This document shows positions 15,205-20,000 of a DNA stretch of 20,000 bases, in pieces. The position numbers and the translations under genes are program-made. The DNA lies in the IMG/VR virus record IMGVR_UViG_3300005530_000005; one strand, given 5' to 3'. Below the pieces are notes generated by a model, which saw only the letters and a program-made list of their open reading frames with translations, did no database searches and had not been told where the DNA came from. Source of the stretch: an uncultured virus (IMG/VR IMGVR_UViG_3300005530_000005) (lineage: Duplodnaviria > Heunggongvirae > Uroviricota > Caudoviricetes). The first letter of the stretch is position 1, and each line of letters opens with the position of its first letter.

Positions 15205-16059
15205 TTGAGTACAGCACTAGCAACTTTGGATAAAGATACTTCGTTCGATGAGATTGCGCGTATTACCGGCCAGTCTCAGGACCGCGCAGTAAAGAGTTTT
15301 CTGCCGCGCTTTAAGATTAACAAGGATTTTGAAACTGATGAAGGTGTTCAAATTCCTCCAGGCACTTACGCACTGACCCTCGATACAGGTACTGTGTATG
15401 CCAAGACCGCAGCCTTTCGTCCATTCATTAATGCTTTCCAGTATCAGATTTATGATGAACCTACCAATACGTATCCCAACAAGACTATCATTTTCAAAAC
15501 ATGGTCTGAGGAAGCTATTGATGAGAAGGGCACAGTTAAGTGTGGTAAGGTAACGGGTAAAGCTAAGGATAAGCTTACGGAGGAACAGGTTGCAGCACAG
15601 AAGATTATCAAGTGCTATCGTAATGTTTACGGCACGGTTACGCTTACAGGTAATAATGAAAAGGGTGAAGAGGTTATTGTAGAGAATGAGCCGTGCTTGT
15701 GGCGAGTTTCTGGTAGTGCCTTCCAGCCTATTGGCGATGCTCTTGATATTGTGACTGCAAGTAAGCGTCCTTATTTTGCTGCGGAACTTGATCTTAATGC
15801 TCCACAGCGCCAGAAGAAGGGTGCAACTATTTATTACACTCCGGTTATCAAGACTAATTCTAAAGTCCTTCCGTATGCTGAGGCAGAGTTGGTTCTCCTA
15901 AAGAAATTCCAAGAGACTATAGACTTTGAGAATAGGCCAGTTATCGAGAAATACAAAAAAGCTAAAGGGTTTGTTGAACAGGCCGATGCAATGGAAGAGA
16001 TTATTGAGGCGGGCTTCATTGATATGACTGATGACCTTAACGACGATATTGGTATCTGA
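15205..16059 (+). CDS. Single-stranded DNA-binding protein (putative)
   Basis: Lies between polymerase and exonuclease; strong AAGGAG RBS; acidic tail DMTDDLNDDIGI. Confidence 0.7.
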   Translation: MSTALATLDKDTSFDEIARITGQSQDRAVKSFLPRFKINKDFETDEGVQIPPGTYALTLDTGTVYAKTAAFRPFINAFQYQIYDEPTNTYPNKTIIFKTWSEEAIDEKGTVKCGKVTGKAKDKLTEEQVAAQKIIKCYRNVYGTVTLTGNNEKGEEVIVENEPCLWRVSGSAFQPIGDALDIVTASKRPYFAAELDLNAPQRQKKGATIYYTPVIKTNSKVLPYAEAELVLLKKFQETIDFENRPVIEKYKKAKGFVEQADAMEEIIEAGFIDMTDDLNDDIGI

Positions 16060-16223
16060 TGTACGTAATGGTTAATGTTTATACGGACAAGCCAGTTAGA
16101 GTGATGTGGTCAGGCTATGAGCGAGTATTCACAAAGAATGATCAATATCCCGCGTGGCCGCATTCTCTGTGTGTTCAATGTCCAGAAAATTCTTTTATAG
16201 TTGAAGAAGTTTTAGATGAATGA
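16059..16223 (+). CDS. 54-aa hypothetical protein
   Basis: Manual translation MYVMVNVYTDKPVRVMWSGYERVF...EEVLDE; TGATG coupling; fills the gap exactly. Confidence 0.6.
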   Translation: MYVMVNVYTDKPVRVMWSGYERVFTKNDQYPAWPHSLCVQCPENSFIVEEVLDE

Positions 16224-17079
16224 AATTCTATTTAAAGTTCAAAGATATCTGGATGATATTAATTTTGGCCGAGCAGAGTGTGATCCAAAACTAATTGAAG
16301 AGTTTGGCGAACGATCCAAAGAACTTCTTAGTAAGAAACTAAATGAAAAGCGTAAGGATAAGTTCACACTCCGTATGTCCAATGTAGGAAGGCCACTGTG
16401 CCAGCTACAAGCTGAAAAGCAAGGTATGGAGCGACAATCTCCCGATAACTTCTTCCCTATGAAGATGATGTTTGGGGATATGATTGAAACTCTAGCTATT
16501 GTAATTATGAAAGCTGCCGGAGTTGAAATTCAGAATGAGCAAATTCTAGTTTCTAACTTAGAAGGTATTGAGGGGACATTTGATGTCGAGATAGATGGAA
16601 AGATTTGGGACATCAAGAGTGCGGCAGATTGGTCATTTAATCATAAGTTCAAGAACAGCACTATTCAAGATTTGTGGAGTGATGATAGTTTTGGATATGT
16701 GGGTCAACTTATGAGTTATGCCAAATCTGTGAATAAGCCTGCGGGTGGATGGATTGTAATTAACAAACAAACAGGTGAGTGGACTGTACTAGAAGCCAAA
16801 TATGATGAGCAATTCGAGAAAGAAGTTCTAGATCGAGTTGCAGAGAACACAAGAGTATTAAATAGTAATGAGCCTTTTAAACGATGCTATAGTGATTATC
16901 CAGAACTATTCTATAAGCGAGAGACAGGAAATCGCGTTTTGGGTATTCCATGTACAATGTGCTCTTTTAAATTCTCTTGTTGGCCGAACTTACAAATATA
17001 TCCGTCACTCTCTAGCACGGCTAAAAATAAGCCGTTGGTTCACTACACTGTTGTTCAGGAAAAAGACAATACTGAATGA
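16216..17079 (+). CDS. PD-(D/E)XK exonuclease (Cas4/RecB-like)
   Basis: LRMSNVGRPLC, GTFD, WDIKS, GYVGQL and CTMCSFKFSC motifs. Confidence 0.88.
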   Translation: MNEILFKVQRYLDDINFGRAECDPKLIEEFGERSKELLSKKLNEKRKDKFTLRMSNVGRPLCQLQAEKQGMERQSPDNFFPMKMMFGDMIETLAIVIMKAAGVEIQNEQILVSNLEGIEGTFDVEIDGKIWDIKSAADWSFNHKFKNSTIQDLWSDDSFGYVGQLMSYAKSVNKPAGGWIVINKQTGEWTVLEAKYDEQFEKEVLDRVAENTRVLNSNEPFKRCYSDYPELFYKRETGNRVLGIPCTMCSFKFSCWPNLQIYPSLSSTAKNKPLVHYTVVQEKDNTE

Positions 17080-17086
17080 CAGTTGT

Positions 17087-17323
17087 ATGAAAGTTATCAT
17101 CAGTTTCCATGATGGTATTCGTATGATGCTCCTGGTGACTGAAACAGAAGCAAAGAAAGTAATTAAAGATTATCAGCAAATGAAACCTGTTTCAATTACT
17201 AATATCGATAATGAAATCTTTGCTTTTGATGGTGGCTTGATTAGATTGCTCACAGTTAGTAAAGTACTGGAACCACAGGATTGGACACGAGTTTTTGATC
17301 GGCTAGTTTCTAATGAAGATTAG
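17087..17323 (+). CDS. Hypothetical protein
   Basis: 3' part of track ORF 16868-17323; ATG 17087 avoids a 200-nt overlap with the exonuclease. Confidence 0.6.
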   Translation: MKVIISFHDGIRMMLLVTETEAKKVIKDYQQMKPVSITNIDNEIFAFDGGLIRLLTVSKVLEPQDWTRVFDRLVSNED

Positions 17324-17660
17324 TAGCGCCAAAAATAAAGGTCGTACTTTGCAAAAATGGATAGTGGAACAAATTCTATCTCGAACAAAACTCTCAGAGA
17401 ACGACGTAAAAAGCTGTTCAATGGGAAACAATGGGATGGATGTTCAGCTATCAGAAGCTGCCCGCAAGAAGTTCCCGTGGGCGGTAGAGGCGAAGAACCA
17501 GGAAAGATTTAAAGGAATATATGATATTTATAAACAAGCATCGACGAATGCAGCAGGATTGACCCCACTTGTAATCATTAAGATCAATCGTCAACAGCCG
17601 TTAGCAATTCTCGATGCTAGTTTATTTTTTGATTTAGTATTTAAAAAGAAAGAAAAGTAA
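17313..17660 (+). CDS. Holliday junction resolvase-like PD-(D/E)XK endonuclease
   Basis: SAKNKGR-x-LQ, GMDV and VEAKNQE motifs. Confidence 0.82.
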   Translation: MKISSAKNKGRTLQKWIVEQILSRTKLSENDVKSCSMGNNGMDVQLSEAARKKFPWAVEAKNQERFKGIYDIYKQASTNAAGLTPLVIIKINRQQPLAILDASLFFDLVFKKKEK

Positions 17661-17920
17661 TGAGTTTAACACTAACATTTACTCCAGCAGAGGGCGGACG
17701 ATTTTCCGCTTCTATGGATTTTAATCCTCCAGAGGATATGCCAGAGGAAATTCAGCAGTTCTACACAATCCTCGGACATGGCCTATTGGCTTATGCTACG
17801 GCAGATACTCAAGATGTTGTTAATCGTGGCGCTGTAGTTTTGCACAAGATGATGACCGATCAGCAGGAAGCCGAAGCAGCCAATGATACGCTAAATAAAG
17901 CGTTTGACGTAGTAGTCTAA
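17660..17920 (+). CDS. Hypothetical acidic protein
   Basis: 86-aa ORF with TAATG coupling. Confidence 0.75.
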   Translation: MSLTLTFTPAEGGRFSASMDFNPPEDMPEEIQQFYTILGHGLLAYATADTQDVVNRGAVVLHKMMTDQQEAEAANDTLNKAFDVVV

Positions 17921-17923
17921 TGT

Positions 17924-18694
17924 ATGAATGTGCTTATAATTCCCGATGCACATTCGTGCCCGGAACATAATAACGATAGATTTACATTAGCTGGCAAATA
18001 TATTCTTGATACTAAGCCAGACACCATCATATGCCTAGGTGACTTCGCTGATATGGGCTCGCTTAGTTCATATGATAGAGGCAAGAAATGTTTCGAAGGT
18101 CGTAGGGTAATCAATGATATTCAAGCAGCTAATGATGCTAATACAAAGCTTTGGGCTCCTGTGAATGAATATAATGCTATGCGAAAGCGCAATCGTGATA
18201 AACAGTACAAACCTAAACAGGTAATGCTACTTGGTAATCATGAGGATCGTATTTCACGAGCAGTAGAACAGGATGCGGAACTTGATGGATTGATATCCGT
18301 AGATAGTTTAGGATATGCAGATCATGGATGGGAAGTAATTCCATACGGTGTTCCGTATATTTATGAAGACATTGCATTTTGTCATAGCTTTCCTACAGGA
18401 GTTTCCGGGCAACCTATTAGTGGATCAAATGTTGCCGCTAGTTTGCTAACAAAAAATTTCATGAGTTCCATTGTTGGTCACAATCATATTAAGGATTATG
18501 ATGAAAAAGTTAGGGCTGACGGAAGGCGTATTTGTGCGCTTAGTGCAGGATGGTACGGTGATTTTGTCCCTGCTTTTGCTACTTCCAGTTCTCGTTTTTG
18601 GTGGAGCGGTCTTACTATGCTACACGATGTCAGAGAAGGTAGTTTTGAAACAGAATTTAAATCTATAAGGATGCTTCAAGAAAAATATGGCTGA
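17924..18694 (+). CDS. Calcineurin-like metallophosphoesterase
   Basis: DAH, GDFAD, GNHE and GHNH motifs. Confidence 0.92.
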   Translation: MNVLIIPDAHSCPEHNNDRFTLAGKYILDTKPDTIICLGDFADMGSLSSYDRGKKCFEGRRVINDIQAANDANTKLWAPVNEYNAMRKRNRDKQYKPKQVMLLGNHEDRISRAVEQDAELDGLISVDSLGYADHGWEVIPYGVPYIYEDIAFCHSFPTGVSGQPISGSNVAASLLTKNFMSSIVGHNHIKDYDEKVRADGRRICALSAGWYGDFVPAFATSSSRFWWSGLTMLHDVREGSFETEFKSIRMLQEKYG

Positions 18695-19394
18695 AATATT
18701 TGATTATTTTCTTTTTCAAGATAAAATGATGAGACGATTTAGTGAAGATAGAAAATTTTGGCTTTGGTTTCATCGCAAGACATTTTATGATTGGTTTGAT
18801 AAAGAATTAAATATTCCTAAATGGTTATTTGAAAAGTACGAAAGAGAATATATGGCTAATACATTAGTAGCTAATGGAGCGTTTGTATCCAATGAAGAAT
18901 GTAAGAAAATACTAGATGATACACTTATCATGTGTGAAAAATTTGATGGTGGAATTCGGCATTCTCAAAAATGCCCCAAATATTGGCCGGAAACTAACGG
19001 CTGGAACACGCAAGAATGTGAGAGGCCAGTGAGCAAAATATCACGGCCTAATACAGATACGGCAGTAAAGAATGATGAAGGTAAGTTACGATATGATTTA
19101 ATCCCACCTGAAGCCATGGAATATTGGGCGGAGGTTTATACGATTGGTGCAAAGAAGTATGCTGATCGTAATTGGGAAAAAGGAATGAGTTGGTGCCGCA
19201 TTTTCCGGGCCATGATGTCTCATTCGTGGAAATGGTTTCGTGGTGAGAAGTTTGATCTTAAAGATGGACAACATCATCTTGCCTCAGTTATGTGGTGTGC
19301 CGCTTCATTGATTGCATATGAAGCTCGTGGTATTGGGACAGATGATCGTGTAAAAGTTCCATCAGTTATTAAGGAAATTGAAATTGAAACGTAA
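18687..19394 (+). CDS. dATP/dGTP diphosphohydrolase (DUF5664) domain protein with N-terminal extension
   Basis: KNDEGKLRYDLIPP...GAKKYADRNWEKG...HHLASV...DDR signature in the C-terminal half. Confidence 0.88.
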   Translation: MAEIFDYFLFQDKMMRRFSEDRKFWLWFHRKTFYDWFDKELNIPKWLFEKYEREYMANTLVANGAFVSNEECKKILDDTLIMCEKFDGGIRHSQKCPKYWPETNGWNTQECERPVSKISRPNTDTAVKNDEGKLRYDLIPPEAMEYWAEVYTIGAKKYADRNWEKGMSWCRIFRAMMSHSWKWFRGEKFDLKDGQHHLASVMWCAASLIAYEARGIGTDDRVKVPSVIKEIEIET

Positions 19395-19548
19395 ATGCGT
19401 AATCTGTGGATTAAAGACAGAGAAGTGGCAACGTATAAATGGAGGATTTTGGCATTGCTACGATGGATGTAAGTCCACAACAGGTATAGATCATCGTCCT
19501 ATTTTGAAATATAGTACAAATACAGAAAGTTATAAAAGTGACAAATGA
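19384..19548 (+). CDS. 54-aa zinc-finger microprotein
   Basis: Manual translation from TTG: MKRKCVICGLKTEKWQRINGGFWHCYDGCKST...; AAGGA upstream; overlaps both neighbours. Confidence 0.55.
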   Translation: MKRKCVICGLKTEKWQRINGGFWHCYDGCKSTTGIDHRPILKYSTNTESYKSDK

Positions 19549-20000
19549 AACATACCGCCCGTACGTTCAACACCAGAGCGGTAATAAATTATGGCTAGAC
19601 AATCTCGATGATAATAAATATAATATTAACGATATTGCTCACTCCTTGGCTAATCAGTGTCGTTATGCTGGACATTGCGATATCTATTACAGTGTGGCTC
19701 AGCACTCAGTATTATGCAGCCAGATGTGCTATAAAGAAGTGGCTCTTGAGGCATTGATGCATGACTGCGGGGAAAGTGTAATGCCAGATATTGCCCGCCC
19801 CGTGAAGTATTTTATTCCGGGCATTCGAGAGTTTGACGACCGTATTAGCGCTAGCATGTTCAAGTATTTTAATCTACAGTGGCCGCTAGATACGCGAGTT
19901 CATGAAGTAGATAATCGAATGCTTGCTACAGAAGCTCGTCAGTTTATGAGTAATTCAAATATTGATGAGTGGGATGTTATTGGTAAATTGGAGCCTTACA
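19538..20000 (+). CDS. HD-superfamily phosphohydrolase, YfdR/YfbR-like 5'-deoxynucleotidase (partial)
   Basis: Manual translation from GTG 19538 includes DIAHSLANQCRYAGH, YSVAQHS, LMHDCGE, DIARPVK and VDNRMLATE; open to the window end, so absent from the ORF track. Confidence 0.88.
   Translation, partial: MTNETYRPYVQHQSGNKLWLDNLDDNKYNINDIAHSLANQCRYAGHCDIYYSVAQHSVLCSQMCYKEVALEALMHDCGESVMPDIARPVKYFIPGIREFDDRISASMFKYFNLQWPLDTRVHEVDNRMLATEARQFMSNSNIDEWDVIGKLEPY

Noticed and set aside
16216..17079. Cas4-like gene as a sign of a CRISPR system
   Set aside because: No repeat-spacer array or other cas genes are present; this nuclease type is a normal phage replication-module exonuclease.
16868..17086. 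Long N-terminus of track ORF 16868-17323
   Set aside because: It overlaps the exonuclease by about 200 nt; ATG 17087 is more plausible.
162..19480. Minus-strand and nested alternative-frame ORFs in the track (for example 4896-5414, 9977-10453, 3972-4343)
   Set aside because: They are shadows of well-supported + strand genes with no recognisable motifs.
1..20000. Stop-codon reassignment linked to the odd tRNA
   Set aside because: Genes are full length and densely packed under the standard code, and the RNA has no suppressor anticodon loop.

Overview
This is a 20 kb segment of an AT-rich dsDNA bacteriophage genome, with all credible genes on the + strand. The right half (about 8.7-20 kb) is a replication and nucleotide-metabolism module. 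It encodes HNH endonucleases, a primase, a DnaB-type helicase, a family-A polymerase with a DnaJ-type zinc-finger insert (an HMO-2011-like architecture), an SSB, two PD-(D/E)XK nucleases, a metallophosphoesterase, a DUF5664 protein and an HD hydrolase. The left half (1-8.3 kb) is an early/accessory region holding the main discovery candidate. It has a tRNA-Glu-derived RNA (1187-1278) whose anticodon arm is replaced by a 33-nt extended hairpin, and a minimal glutamyl-tRNA synthetase lacking the anticodon-binding domains. Downstream lie a large unknown enzyme-like protein and an M28/M20-type metallopeptidase. By inference these form a dedicated, ribosome-independent Glu-tRNA-dependent glutamylation/deglutamylation system. 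Five proteins in this region end in an Ala-Ala ClpXP-type degron. At least five small paralogues share a conserved C-terminal helix around a variable core. All functional calls come from motif recognition; no searches were run.
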